Origin: an uncultured virus (IMG/VR IMGVR_UViG_3300047094_001085)
Lineage: Duplodnaviria > Heunggongvirae > Uroviricota > Caudoviricetes
Length of the DNA stretch: 64,000 nt
Reading direction: 5' to 3' (one strand)
Virus record (IMG/VR): IMGVR_UViG_3300047094_001085
Shown: positions 26,538 through 36,942 of the stretch, piece after piece
How positions within the stretch are numbered: position 1 is the stretch's first letter
Layout of the letters: every line of letters starts with the position of its first letter
Position numbers and translations under genes: made by a program
Notes under the pieces: model-generated
Seen by the model: only the letters and a program-made list of their open reading frames with translations
The model's database searches: none
What the model was told of the DNA's origin: nothing

Positions 26538-28307
26538 ATGTCAAATTTAACAAAAGAACAAGTATTAATTGAATACGTAAAATGTAATAGAGATGTTGAA
26601 TACGCACTTAGAACGTATTTAGAAACATATGATAATACGGTTAAAAAATATGTTCCATTAGAACTTTTCCCGGACCAATTATCATTATTAGAAGATTACG
26701 AGGAATACAATGAGAATATAGCATTAAAGTACAGACAGGCCGGGGTATCAACAGTTACCGCGGCTTGGATGTCTCGTAAACTTGTATTCGCAAGAAAAGA
26801 AACCCCCGAGAAAATATTGATTATTGCCAATAAGTTGGATACTTCATTGGAGATGGCAAATAAAATAAAAGCGTTCGTTGCTCAATGGCCGTCTTGGACC
26901 GGTGTGGATTTTGATAAAGCAAAAAATTCCCAAAAACATTATAAATTAACAAATGGTTGTGAGGTTAAAGCCGTTGCGACATCTAAGGATGCCTTGCGTG
27001 GATTTACACCTACAATACTTGTATTTGACGAGGCGGCGTTTATCGAAGCCGACAGTGACTTTTGGGCTGCTTGTATGGCGTCCCTATCTACGGGGGGTAA
27101 AGTAATTGTTGTTTCAACACCTAACGGATACGACCCAATTTACTATGAAATATACGACCAAGCGTTACGTAATATGAATGATTTCAAAATTACTGAGATG
27201 TTTTGGTATCGTGACCCACGTTATACTAAAGATTTATTTTTAGTTAAAACTGATGATATAATTCATTTCCTATTAAATAAAGAAGATTATAATCCGGATG
27301 AATTTCTTGATTGGGCTAAAATACCTTATGAACATAGAAATTATAAAGAATTAAGAGTTCTAATGGATGCCGGTTACAAACCTTGTTCAAGTTGGTTTGA
27401 GGCGATGGTTAAGAAATTAAAATATGATAAACGTAAAGTATCTCAGGAGTTAGAATGTAACTTCTTAGGTTCGGGGGATAACGTATTTGATTCACTTATG
27501 ATGCAAAAAATTCGTGAGAATATGATTCTTGAACCTATATCAAAATTAATGGGTAATGCTCTTTGGATTTGGAAAGAACCTGTGATTGGTCATAAATATA
27601 TTATGGGTGTCGACGTTTCTCGTGGGGATTCTGAAGATTTTAGTTCATTCCAAATTGTAGATTTTGACACTCAAGAACAAGTTGCTGAGTACGTGGGTAA
27701 ATTACCTCCCGACACTATGGCGGAAATTTGTCATAAATGGGCGACAAACTATTCTTGTTTTGTGGTAATTGATATCACGGGAGGTATGGGTGTTTCAACA
27801 TCAAGAAAACTCCAAGAAATGAATTATAAAGATTTATATGTTGATGGTGTTGACACGGCAAACAAATGGAAATACGACCCAAAAGCTGCGGAGAAAATTC
27901 CGGGAATAAACTTTAATAATAAAAGGGTTCAAATCATTGCTTCGTTTGAAGAAGTAATGAGACATGGATTTAGAATTTATAGTTCCCGTTTATATAATGA
28001 AATGAATACTTTTATTTATATGAATGGTAGACCTGACCACCAAAAAGGTCATCATGACGATTTAATTATGTCTATTGCGATGGCAACCTACGTTGCGGAA
28101 TCGTCTTTTAGTAAATTGACTAAAGTTACTGAACATACTAAAGCAATGATTGATTCTTGGGCGGTTACTAATAATGACAATGTAAGTGAATCATTAGCGT
28201 TTAATCCTGTTATACCAAATACTCGAGAAAGAATTGGTCAATTTAGTAATGGTAATATAAGTATGGACGATTATATGAGATACGGCTGGTTATTTGGTGC
28301 AAGATAA
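26538..28307 (+). CDS. terL: terminase large subunit (T4 gp17-like)
   Basis: LKYRQAGVST Walker A; LVFDEAAF Walker B; STPNG; QELEC.F; GVDVSRG and HDDLIM nuclease motifs. Confidence 0.93.
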   Translation: MSNLTKEQVLIEYVKCNRDVEYALRTYLETYDNTVKKYVPLELFPDQLSLLEDYEEYNENIALKYRQAGVSTVTAAWMSRKLVFARKETPEKILIIANKLDTSLEMANKIKAFVAQWPSWTGVDFDKAKNSQKHYKLTNGCEVKAVATSKDALRGFTPTILVFDEAAFIEADSDFWAACMASLSTGGKVIVVSTPNGYDPIYYEIYDQALRNMNDFKITEMFWYRDPRYTKDLFLVKTDDIIHFLLNKEDYNPDEFLDWAKIPYEHRNYKELRVLMDAGYKPCSSWFEAMVKKLKYDKRKVSQELECNFLGSGDNVFDSLMMQKIRENMILEPISKLMGNALWIWKEPVIGHKYIMGVDVSRGDSEDFSSFQIVDFDTQEQVAEYVGKLPPDTMAEICHKWATNYSCFVVIDITGGMGVSTSRKLQEMNYKDLYVDGVDTANKWKYDPKAAEKIPGINFNNKRVQIIASFEEVMRHGFRIYSSRLYNEMNTFIYMNGRPDHQKGHHDDLIMSIAMATYVAESSFSKLTKVTEHTKAMIDSWAVTNNDNVSESLAFNPVIPNTRERIGQFSNGNISMDDYMRYGWLFGAR

Positions 28308-28327
28308 TATTTATCAAATAAACATAA

Positions 28328-28831
28328 ATGGGTATTACCGATAGAAAAACATCTACATTAAATAATAGTATAACATTTGACGCAAATGCGGATTTGTATG
28401 CAAATGCAACTCTTAATTTGGGTGTCGGTAAATCAGGTGGTTTTGTAAATCGAAAAAAATCAGGTAAAATTTTCGCAGGTTCTAGAATGGTTGTTCCGGG
28501 ACAAGATATTTTAAGTGTTAAAGTGTTTGAACCTGATTTTAATAGACCTAGAACTGTTGATACATTTAGTGGGGCTCTTCCACCAACACCAACCCCTGAA
28601 CCAACACCGACTCCAACACCAACACCACCACCAACTAGTACACCAACACCTACACCAACACCTACAATGACTCCGTCACCAATTGTTGAGATTTGTTACT
28701 TAGCAACTGAGGACTTTATCCGTATTATTGCTGAAAATGGTGATAACTTAATTGTTGATTGTGACCCATTCCCAATACCTGTACCACCGGTTAATTATCC
28801 AACGCCAACCCCCACACCAACAATCCCATGA
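28328..28831 (+). CDS. Pro/Thr-repeat protein
   Basis: PTPTPEPTPTPT repeats; TATTTAT upstream. Confidence 0.65.
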   Translation: MGITDRKTSTLNNSITFDANADLYANATLNLGVGKSGGFVNRKKSGKIFAGSRMVVPGQDILSVKVFEPDFNRPRTVDTFSGALPPTPTPEPTPTPTPTPPPTSTPTPTPTPTMTPSPIVEICYLATEDFIRIIAENGDNLIVDCDPFPIPVPPVNYPTPTPTPTIP

Positions 28832-28888
28832 TGATATTTGGTTAATCTAAACTATTTATTAAAATAAAAAAATATTTAAATTTTTCAT

Positions 28889-30757
28889 ATGGAAAACAAT
28901 CAAAATAATGATTTAACGGTTTGGCAAAGGTTATCCAAAGCATTTGGACCAAATTCGTTATTGAATCAAGATTATCCCGTATATCAGTTAGATAAGAAGG
29001 AATTATTAAAAACCACTTCTAAAGATGAATACGAGAGAGAAAAATTACAGGCACAACAAACTTATTATCTAGCCAATCAATGGACTAAAATTGAAAGTAA
29101 TTTATATACTCAAGCGGTATATTATGAACCAACTCGTTTAGCCTCATTTTATGATTATGAATCGATGGAGTATACTCCTGAAATTTCTGCCGCTTTGGAT
29201 ATCTATGGTGAAGAATCAACAACTGTTGACCAGAATGGTTATATGTTACAGATTTATTCTGAATCAAAAAGAATTAAAGGAATCTTAACCGACTTATTTA
29301 ACAACGTATTAGATTTAAATACTAATTTACCTATGTGGACAAGAAATACTTGTAAATATGGGGATAACTTCGTGTATCTAAAATTGGATGCTGAAAAAGG
29401 TATTGTTGGGTGTATGCAATTACCAAACATTGAAATAGAACGTTTGGAAAGAGGTATGGCAGCAAAATCAGCAAATGTTGAAGAACCGGCGGAAAACAAA
29501 GGTTTACGTTTCAAATGGAAAATTAAAGACATGGAATTTAACTCATGGGAGATTGCTCACTTTAGATTATTAGGTGATGACAGAAAACTTCCTTACGGTA
29601 CTTCTATGTTAGAAAAAGCAAGACGTATTTGGAAACAATTATTACTTTCAGAAGATGCGATGTTAATTTATAGAACTTCAAGAGCACCTGAAAGACGTGT
29701 ATTTAAAGTTTATGTTGGTAATATGGACGATAAAGATGTTGAACCATATGTACAACGTGTTGCTAACAAATTTAAAAGAAGTCAAGTAGTGGATAATAAA
29801 ACAGGTAATGTTGATATGAGATTTAATCAAATGGCTGTTGACCAAGATTACTTTATCCCTGTTCGTGACCCTGCGGCACCAAGTCCAATTGACACATTAC
29901 CGGGAGCACAAAATTTGGCGGAGATTGCCGATATTGAATATATCCAAAAGAAACTATTAACCGCACTTCGTGTCCCTAAAGCATTTTTAGGTTTTGAGGA
30001 AGTAACGGGTGAGGGTAAAAATTTATCTTTAATGGATATTCGTTTTGCAAGAACAATTAATAGAATTCAAAAATCAATGATTGCTGAATTGAATAAAATA
30101 GCGATTATTCATTTATTTTTATTAGGGTTTGAGGATGAATTGTCAAACTTTACTTTGGCACTTACAAACCCATCATCACAAGCTGATTTATTAAAAATTG
30201 ATATTTGGAAAGAGAAAATTTTATTATATAAAGATGCTGTTGCGGCTATTGAAGGTATCGCTCCGGTATCTGTTACATGGGCTAAGAAACACGTGTTAGG
30301 ATTCTCTGATGAAGAAATTAAATTAGATTTACAACAACAACGTATTGAAAAAGCAGTTGGTGCGGAATTAACTAATACCGCAACAATCATTACTCATACG
30401 GGTGTGTTTGATACTATTGATAAATTATACGCAACTAAATCCGGAACTACTGCTGTTGGTGCTACGGCACCTGCCCCACCACCTGGTGGAGGAGGTGGAG
30501 GAGGTCTTGAATCTGACTTAGGAGGAGGTCCTGAATTAGGTGGTGCACCTGAATTAGGTGGCGAGGCTGACTTAGGTGGAGCACCTGAACCGGGTGGTGA
30601 AGCTGAAATAACTCCCGAATCTGTCAAACGGGATAATCTAAATATATTATTGGAAAGTGGTAATCTAACTGAAGACGATTCTTATATTGATTTATCTCGA
30701 GCAAGAAATTCTTTAGGTGATATGGAAAAAGAATTGGATAAAATCTTAAATGATTGA
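28889..30757 (+). CDS. portal vertex protein (T4 gp20-like)
   Basis: EDAMLIYRTSRAPERRVF, DYFIP.R, IDTLPGAQNL and ALRVP motifs. Confidence 0.95.
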   Translation: MENNQNNDLTVWQRLSKAFGPNSLLNQDYPVYQLDKKELLKTTSKDEYEREKLQAQQTYYLANQWTKIESNLYTQAVYYEPTRLASFYDYESMEYTPEISAALDIYGEESTTVDQNGYMLQIYSESKRIKGILTDLFNNVLDLNTNLPMWTRNTCKYGDNFVYLKLDAEKGIVGCMQLPNIEIERLERGMAAKSANVEEPAENKGLRFKWKIKDMEFNSWEIAHFRLLGDDRKLPYGTSMLEKARRIWKQLLLSEDAMLIYRTSRAPERRVFKVYVGNMDDKDVEPYVQRVANKFKRSQVVDNKTGNVDMRFNQMAVDQDYFIPVRDPAAPSPIDTLPGAQNLAEIADIEYIQKKLLTALRVPKAFLGFEEVTGEGKNLSLMDIRFARTINRIQKSMIAELNKIAIIHLFLLGFEDELSNFTLALTNPSSQADLLKIDIWKEKILLYKDAVAAIEGIAPVSVTWAKKHVLGFSDEEIKLDLQQQRIEKAVGAELTNTATIITHTGVFDTIDKLYATKSGTTAVGATAPAPPPGGGGGGGLESDLGGGPELGGAPELGGEADLGGAPEPGGEAEITPESVKRDNLNILLESGNLTEDDSYIDLSRARNSLGDMEKELDKILND

Positions 30758-30778
30758 TATTTATAATTAAAAAAGAAA

Positions 30779-31498
30779 ATGACAAAGTTTGGTATATTAA
30801 AATCGAAGATAGAAAACGTATTACTTGAGTCGTATAAAAACGACACATTTAAAGAAGAATTAAAAACATTTAAAAAACTTGTATTAGAGAATAAAAATGT
30901 TAGTAAAATTTTCTATATGTATGATGAGTTAAACTCTAAAAAAGGTTTAAGTGAATCATATTCAAGGGAATACATCCACGAATGTGTAACTCTATATGAA
31001 AATGCTGTGAATAAAATTTTACCAGCAGATTTAAAAAAATTAAATATGTGGGTTAGAAATACTAACTCTAATAACTCATACGAAAATATTGATAACTTAT
31101 TTTCAACAGATGTTTTAACTATCGAATCAAGAATTAAAAGTAAAAATTTAATTATTGAGAATTTAAGAAAACTTCCAATTACAGAATCTAAAGGAATTGA
31201 ACTTCCATTATCAACTATGGTTAGTGTGGCTAATAAAACTATTAAAAACTATATAGACACTTTAAGTGAATCTGACAAAGCTGAAATAGTTAAATTGTTA
31301 TCTGAAGATGATGGTGAATTGTCAGTGAAATATAACACCCTTAAAGAAAATGTTGTTGATAAATTAACAGCAATGAAGAATTCGTCCGAAGATAATTCAG
31401 TGAAAACTAGAATTGATGAAACACTTACAAAAGTGTTATCAGAGAAGTACGACAAATTAACGTATTTTAAACTTAAAAGTTTAAACGAGAATCTTTAA
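30779..31498 (+). CDS. hypothetical head-module protein
   Basis: 239-aa ORF after the portal. Confidence 0.75.
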   Translation: MTKFGILKSKIENVLLESYKNDTFKEELKTFKKLVLENKNVSKIFYMYDELNSKKGLSESYSREYIHECVTLYENAVNKILPADLKKLNMWVRNTNSNNSYENIDNLFSTDVLTIESRIKSKNLIIENLRKLPITESKGIELPLSTMVSVANKTIKNYIDTLSESDKAEIVKLLSEDDGELSVKYNTLKENVVDKLTAMKNSSEDNSVKTRIDETLTKVLSEKYDKLTYFKLKSLNENL

Positions 31499-31689
31499 TC
31501 GTTATCCGAATAATATTTTAATTGAACGTGTTTAGCCTTCGCTAACACGTTTCTTTTTTTTACGGAAGGTTTGATAAATTCTTTTCGCTTATTAAGTTCA
31601 GAACTTTGACGTGTCTTGATAACTTTACTTTTATAGAGTTTCAGTGCTTTCTCTATTGGCGTATTTTTATCTAATTTAACTATTAACAT
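31495..31689 (-). CDS. rpsU: ribosomal protein bS21
   Basis: MLIVKLDKNTPIEKALKLYKSKVIKT..ELNKRKEFIKPSVKKR. Confidence 0.9.
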   Translation of the reverse strand: MLIVKLDKNTPIEKALKLYKSKVIKTRQSSELNKRKEFIKPSVKKRNVLAKAKHVQLKYYSDND

Positions 31690-31781
31690 ATATAACATAT
31701 ATATCAAAATAACAAAAAATTTGACCTGACCCCTTATTTTACCTATCTTTTTTAAAAATAAAAGGAAAAATATGAAAATTA

Positions 31782-32252
31782 ATGAAAAAGGGGAAAACCT
31801 CTCAACTAACAGGTTTCAAAACCGCGAAAGTTGTTTATGGAACAGTTGATTCTGTAAACTTGAAATCACTTTACTTAAACATACAAACATGGGTCGAACC
31901 AATCAATGAATCTGATAATTGGTCGAGGACTGTTTTAAATTTAAGTAGAGGCGTTAAACACTCGGTTTACGAGTCGTTAAATAATAAAATTTTTGATACA
32001 AAATTTATTGTAGATTTAGATTTAAGGTCAAGTGGATTAAATTTGGGTAAAAAATCATTTATGAATTTAGAAGTCAATTTCTATGTTATAGAAGAAAACC
32101 TCGATTTTAAATCAAAACAAATTAAAGATACATTATTAAAAATTACAAATAAAATCTACAATGATAACTTTTATGACAACAATTATTTTAAGTTTTATCT
32201 AACTAAAAAAATCAAATCCGTTAAAGATACGTTACAAATCGATAATGTTTAA
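31782..32252 (+). CDS. hypothetical protein
   Basis: 156-aa ORF. Confidence 0.7.
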   Translation: MKKGKTSQLTGFKTAKVVYGTVDSVNLKSLYLNIQTWVEPINESDNWSRTVLNLSRGVKHSVYESLNNKIFDTKFIVDLDLRSSGLNLGKKSFMNLEVNFYVIEENLDFKSKQIKDTLLKITNKIYNDNFYDNNYFKFYLTKKIKSVKDTLQIDNV

Positions 32253-32275
32253 TATTTATTATTAAAACATTTAAA

Positions 32276-33001
32276 ATGAGTTTAAGAATATTACAACCGA
32301 ACGAATCAGGAAAAGGTATATTAGTTGAATACGATGCCGGATATATTAATCCAAAGGATAATCGTAACGAAACATTAATAAGAGAATCTAATGAAATGTT
32401 AGACCACTCAAAACCATTTGAATTTTATGCTGTATTACAAAAATATGATACACCAAATAGAAATGGTCGACTATACCCTGAACGTATATTAAAAAGAGAA
32501 GCTGATAATTATAAAAAAATGATTAAAAAGGGGACGGCTCTTTCAGAGTTAAATCACCCGGAATCATCTTTAATTGATTTAGATAGAGTTTCTCACGCAA
32601 TCACCGAAGTATGGTGGGAAGGTAATGTCCTAATGGGAAAGATTAAATTATTGACATCACCGGGATATCACGAAAGTGGTATTTGCTCAACTAAAGGAGA
32701 TTTGGCGGCAAATTATTTAAGACAAGGGGTTACATTAGGTATATCATCAAGAGGTGTAGGTTCTCTTAAAAAGATTGGTGAACAAAATGAAGTACAAGAC
32801 GATTTTGAATTAATTTGTTTTGACTTGGTGTCCTCACCTTCAACTCCGGGGGCATATCTATTCTTGAATAAAGATGATAAACATCTATACGATGAGAACT
32901 TAGAAGAAGAGAAAAAAATGAGTGTTGAAAGACATGTTGGTGATTCAGGAAACAAATCACTTGACTTAATGAAAAAATTAAACGATTATTTAGGATATTA
33001 A
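32276..33001 (+). CDS. prohead core protease (T4 gp21-like)
   Basis: NRNGRLYP, ELNHP, VSH, GISSRGVGS and DLVSSPS motifs. Confidence 0.93.
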   Translation: MSLRILQPNESGKGILVEYDAGYINPKDNRNETLIRESNEMLDHSKPFEFYAVLQKYDTPNRNGRLYPERILKREADNYKKMIKKGTALSELNHPESSLIDLDRVSHAITEVWWEGNVLMGKIKLLTSPGYHESGICSTKGDLAANYLRQGVTLGISSRGVGSLKKIGEQNEVQDDFELICFDLVSSPSTPGAYLFLNKDDKHLYDENLEEEKKMSVERHVGDSGNKSLDLMKKLNDYLGY

Positions 33002-33018
33002 ACTAAATAGAAAAAATT

Positions 33019-33228
33019 ATGGACGAAAAGTATTTCATTGCAAAAATCACATTGGACTCAGTTGATAACGAGTCGGGAAAGATTAAAAAATTAAGAGAAG
33101 AAAAATTAGTGAGTGGTTATAACCCAACTGATGTAGAGGCAAAAGTAACAAAAGTATTTGAGCATTATACTATGGAATGGAGAATCACCGCAATTGTTGA
33201 AAGTAAAATTGATGAAGTGATAGAATAA
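33019..33228 (+). CDS. hypothetical protein
   Basis: 69-aa ORF followed by a terminator at ~33252-33278. Confidence 0.7.
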   Translation: MDEKYFIAKITLDSVDNESGKIKKLREEKLVSGYNPTDVEAKVTKVFEHYTMEWRITAIVESKIDEVIE

Positions 33229-33394
33229 TAATTTATATTCAATAATTAATTAAGGAGACAGAAATGTCTCCTTTTTTTATGCTTTTATTTTTTTTGTAAT
33301 ATTTATTGTTATAAAAAACTCATTATCAAATTAGTAAAATTAATACTTTTTTGATAATGGGAGATATTTATATATTAAAATAACTTAAACACAA

Positions 33395-34888
33395 ATGGCA
33401 AAAGAAAAATCTTTAGTTGAAGAAGCTATCATCCAAATGAAAAATTTGGAAGAGGCGGTAGCGGAAAATGCAAAAGGAATACTTGCTTCGACAATGTCGC
33501 AAGAAATCAAAGAACTAGTAAAAGAATCTCTTACAGAACAAGATGATGAGGAGATTGACACTGAGGTTGACATGGATGACATGGATATGGATACTGATAT
33601 GGACGATACAGAAATGGACGACATAGATGTTGATATGGATATGGAAGATGACATGGATACTGATAATATGGATATGGATATGGATGATGAAGACACCATA
33701 GACCTTACTGACATAGAAGATGATGAAGAAATCTTACGTGTATTCCAATTGATGGGACCTGAAGACAATATTGTTGTTACTAAAGATGATTCTGGTAACA
33801 TCAGTTTAAAAGACGAAGAGAACGACAAAGAATATATGATTGTTGGTGAAGGTGAAGATGAATTAGATATGTTCGAAGAATTTGACGAAGAAGACGATAT
33901 GGACTTCGAGGACGAAGAAGAGGACATGGATTCTGAAGGTATCGAAGATATTATCTCTAAAGTATTTGATAACGACGACGAAGATTCTGAATTTGGAGAA
34001 AGTGATGAAATGATGTTTGACGAAGAAGAAGAAATAGACGATGAAGAAATCGTTTATGAAATTTCTTTTGATGACGAAGATGATTCAGAGTTAGAAGAAC
34101 AAGACGACATGGGCATGGATGATGAAACAATGATGGAATCTAAAATGTCTGTAAAACCAAAAGGAACCGGAATGGGTAATCCAAGTAAATTTAAATATGA
34201 TGCAAAACCTAATCAAAATGGTGGATTTAAAACTGTGAAAAAATCAGTTAATCCAACAATGGGAACAGGTAAAGCTAAATTTGAATATAAAGAAGGTGAA
34301 AATCTTGAAGGAAAAATGAAATCTGTTAAAAAAACAGAAACAAAAGAGCAATCTACTAAAATTGCTAATACAACTAAAAAAGTTGAACCTAAAGAGGCTT
34401 CTCGTACATTAGGTAGTGGAAGTAATTTCAGAAGAGGTGGGTTACCAAAACCAAGAGCACACTCATCTTTTAATACTGCAATCAAAGAGAACCAAAACAC
34501 AAGTGAATTAAAAGTTTTAAGAGAAAAGAATGAAGAATACAGAAAAGCTCTTAACGTATTTAGAAATAAATTAAATGAAGTTGCGGTGTTTAATTCAAAC
34601 TTAGCTTATGCTACTCGTTTGTTTACTGAACATTCAACATCAAAACAAGAAAAAATAAATATCTTAAGAAGATTTGACGGTGTGGAAAACATTAAAGAAT
34701 CTAAAAACTTATACAAAGTCATTAAAGATGAACTTACAGGGACTACTTCTCAACCTATGAATGAATCATTAGAAAGAACAATTGCTAAAGCACCTTCAAC
34801 AGGTTCAGCAGTTAACTTAATTGAATCTAAAACATATGAGAATCCACAGTTCTTGAGAATGAAAGATTTAATGTCAAAATTAAAATAA
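33395..34888 (+). CDS. prohead scaffolding/core protein
   Basis: highly acidic, coiled coil, located between the protease and capsid genes. Confidence 0.75.
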   Translation: MAKEKSLVEEAIIQMKNLEEAVAENAKGILASTMSQEIKELVKESLTEQDDEEIDTEVDMDDMDMDTDMDDTEMDDIDVDMDMEDDMDTDNMDMDMDDEDTIDLTDIEDDEEILRVFQLMGPEDNIVVTKDDSGNISLKDEENDKEYMIVGEGEDELDMFEEFDEEDDMDFEDEEEDMDSEGIEDIISKVFDNDDEDSEFGESDEMMFDEEEEIDDEEIVYEISFDDEDDSELEEQDDMGMDDETMMESKMSVKPKGTGMGNPSKFKYDAKPNQNGGFKTVKKSVNPTMGTGKAKFEYKEGENLEGKMKSVKKTETKEQSTKIANTTKKVEPKEASRTLGSGSNFRRGGLPKPRAHSSFNTAIKENQNTSELKVLREKNEEYRKALNVFRNKLNEVAVFNSNLAYATRLFTEHSTSKQEKINILRRFDGVENIKESKNLYKVIKDELTGTTSQPMNESLERTIAKAPSTGSAVNLIESKTYENPQFLRMKDLMSKLK

Positions 34889-34921
34889 AAATAAACTAAA
34901 AAATTAATAAAAACCAAAAAA

Positions 34922-36838
34922 ATGGGAGCATTATTAGAATCAGGTCTAGTTGGTAACATCGGGTTAAAACACCTTAAAGTTATTAAAGAGGACACAATTA
35001 ATAAATGGGACAAATTAGGATTTCTTGAAGGTCTTAAAGGTCACTTAAGAGAAAACGTAGCTCAATTATATGAGAACCAAGCGTCTTTCTTAATAAACGA
35101 AGCAACTTCTGACGGGTCTTCAGGTTCATTTGAAACTGTTGTATTCCCAATCGTAAGAAGAGTATTCTCTAAATTATTAGCGAATGACATCGTTTCTGTA
35201 CAAGCTATGAACTTACCAATCGGTAAATTATTCTACTTTGTACCAAAAATCCAAGGATATAAAGATGGTATTGCTGGTCAATACTCAGGTGAACACTACG
35301 CACCAATAGGGGCTCCGGGTAACTACAGTGATGGTACAATGCCTTCTCCAAATGGAACGGCTGGTAATCCAAACGCAGGTTATACTACAGGTTCAGGAAC
35401 TTATAATCCTGTATATGAAAAAAATCTTTATGATTTATTCTATGAAGGTAATGAAGCTCAATTAGACCCTCCGGGATTATTTGACTACTCTAAAGGTCGT
35501 TGGTCAGCAATCACTGCTACTACAACTATCCAAAAATGGACAGGTGGAGTTTTAGTTGATGCTACAATTTCTGGAACAACTGACGGAGCAACAGTAATTG
35601 CTTCAGGTAACACAAGAAAAGTTATCGTTAAAATGTGTGGTTTTGCTGACACAGGTGCTGGTAAATTAATTGGTCCTGATGGTAACGAAATGGATACAGA
35701 ATCTTTCTTATCTGATTTAATTATCTATACAGGTTCTGGTTTAACAGTTGCTGCAGGTTCTCCATGTACAGTTTCAACAGGAGCATTATTGTTCAGAGTT
35801 GTAACTCAAATCTATGGTAGAGGTATTGTAAAATATGGTAACACAACACAAACTTACTTCCCAAGTGGTAATCCAGCAGGTACTGCATCTAATACAGGTA
35901 ACGGTGGTACATTCAAAAACGTATGTGACGCTGATGGTTGTATTTGGTTAGAAGTAGATTTATCTTGTCCAGTATGTGCTGATTGTGATTCTACATCATT
36001 AGATGGTTACACAGGAACTACAATTTCTCAAGGTTTACCAACTACTTCATTCGCAGCGGCTTTCAGACGTTACGAAGAGTTAGAATTTGAAGATAAAATC
36101 GGTGAGGTTTCTTTCGACTTAGATTCAGTTACTGTATCTGTTACAGAAAGAAAATTAAGAGCACAATGGTCTCCTGAGTTAGCTCAAGACGTTGCGGCTT
36201 TCCACAACATCGATGCTGAAGCTGAATTAACAGCTTTATTATCTGAACAAGTTGCGGCTGAAATCGACCGTGAAATCTTAAGAGATTTACGTAAAGGTGC
36301 AGCATGGAACTTACGTTGGGATTATAATGGTTGGAGAAGAATTTCTCAAACAACTTCTTATACTCAAAAAGATTGGAATCAAACATTAATTACAGCAATC
36401 AACCAATTGTCTGCACAAATCCACAAATCTACATTGAGAGGTGGAGCAAACTGGATTGTTGTTTCTTCTGAAGTTTCTGCTATCTTTGATGATTTAGAGT
36501 ACTTCCACGTATCTAATGCGTCTCCTGAGCAAGACCAATACAACATGGGTATTGAAAGAGTAGGTACATTAGCAGGTCGTTACCAAGTTTACCGTGACCC
36601 TTACTTCCCAGCTAACCAAGTGTTAATTGGACACAAAGGAACATCATTGTTAGACACAGGTTACATCTACGCACCATACGTACCGTTACAATTAACTCCA
36701 ACAATGTACAACCCATTCAACTTTACACCTATTAAAGGTATTATGACTCGTTACGCTAAGAAAATGGTTAACAACCGTTTCTACGGACGTATCACAGTTG
36801 ATGGTGTTAGAACATTCGATTTAAGAGAATTGAGATAA
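34922..36838 (+). CDS. major capsid protein (T4 gp23-like)
   Basis: VSVQAMNLPIG, RKLRAQWSPELAQD, EIDREI, YAPYVPL and GIMTRY motifs. Confidence 0.95.
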   Translation: MGALLESGLVGNIGLKHLKVIKEDTINKWDKLGFLEGLKGHLRENVAQLYENQASFLINEATSDGSSGSFETVVFPIVRRVFSKLLANDIVSVQAMNLPIGKLFYFVPKIQGYKDGIAGQYSGEHYAPIGAPGNYSDGTMPSPNGTAGNPNAGYTTGSGTYNPVYEKNLYDLFYEGNEAQLDPPGLFDYSKGRWSAITATTTIQKWTGGVLVDATISGTTDGATVIASGNTRKVIVKMCGFADTGAGKLIGPDGNEMDTESFLSDLIIYTGSGLTVAAGSPCTVSTGALLFRVVTQIYGRGIVKYGNTTQTYFPSGNPAGTASNTGNGGTFKNVCDADGCIWLEVDLSCPVCADCDSTSLDGYTGTTISQGLPTTSFAAAFRRYEELEFEDKIGEVSFDLDSVTVSVTERKLRAQWSPELAQDVAAFHNIDAEAELTALLSEQVAAEIDREILRDLRKGAAWNLRWDYNGWRRISQTTSYTQKDWNQTLITAINQLSAQIHKSTLRGGANWIVVSSEVSAIFDDLEYFHVSNASPEQDQYNMGIERVGTLAGRYQVYRDPYFPANQVLIGHKGTSLLDTGYIYAPYVPLQLTPTMYNPFNFTPIKGIMTRYAKKMVNNRFYGRITVDGVRTFDLRELR

Positions 36839-36860
36839 TCAAAATCTTAAAATATTTAAG

Positions 36861-36890
36861 AAAAAGGGACTATATGTCCCTTTTTTTTTT
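36861..36890 (+). terminator. intrinsic terminator after the capsid gene
   Basis: AAAAGGGAC-TATAT-GTCCCTTTTTTT. Confidence 0.8.
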
Positions 36891-36942
36891 GGAAAAAAAC
36901 GAAATTTAATTAATAACAAAGTATTTATATTAAAAGAAAATT

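Noticed and set aside
30470..30605. GC-rich ELGG repeats at the portal C-terminus as a DNA repeat element
   Set aside because: This is an in-frame low-complexity protein linker with synonymous variation.
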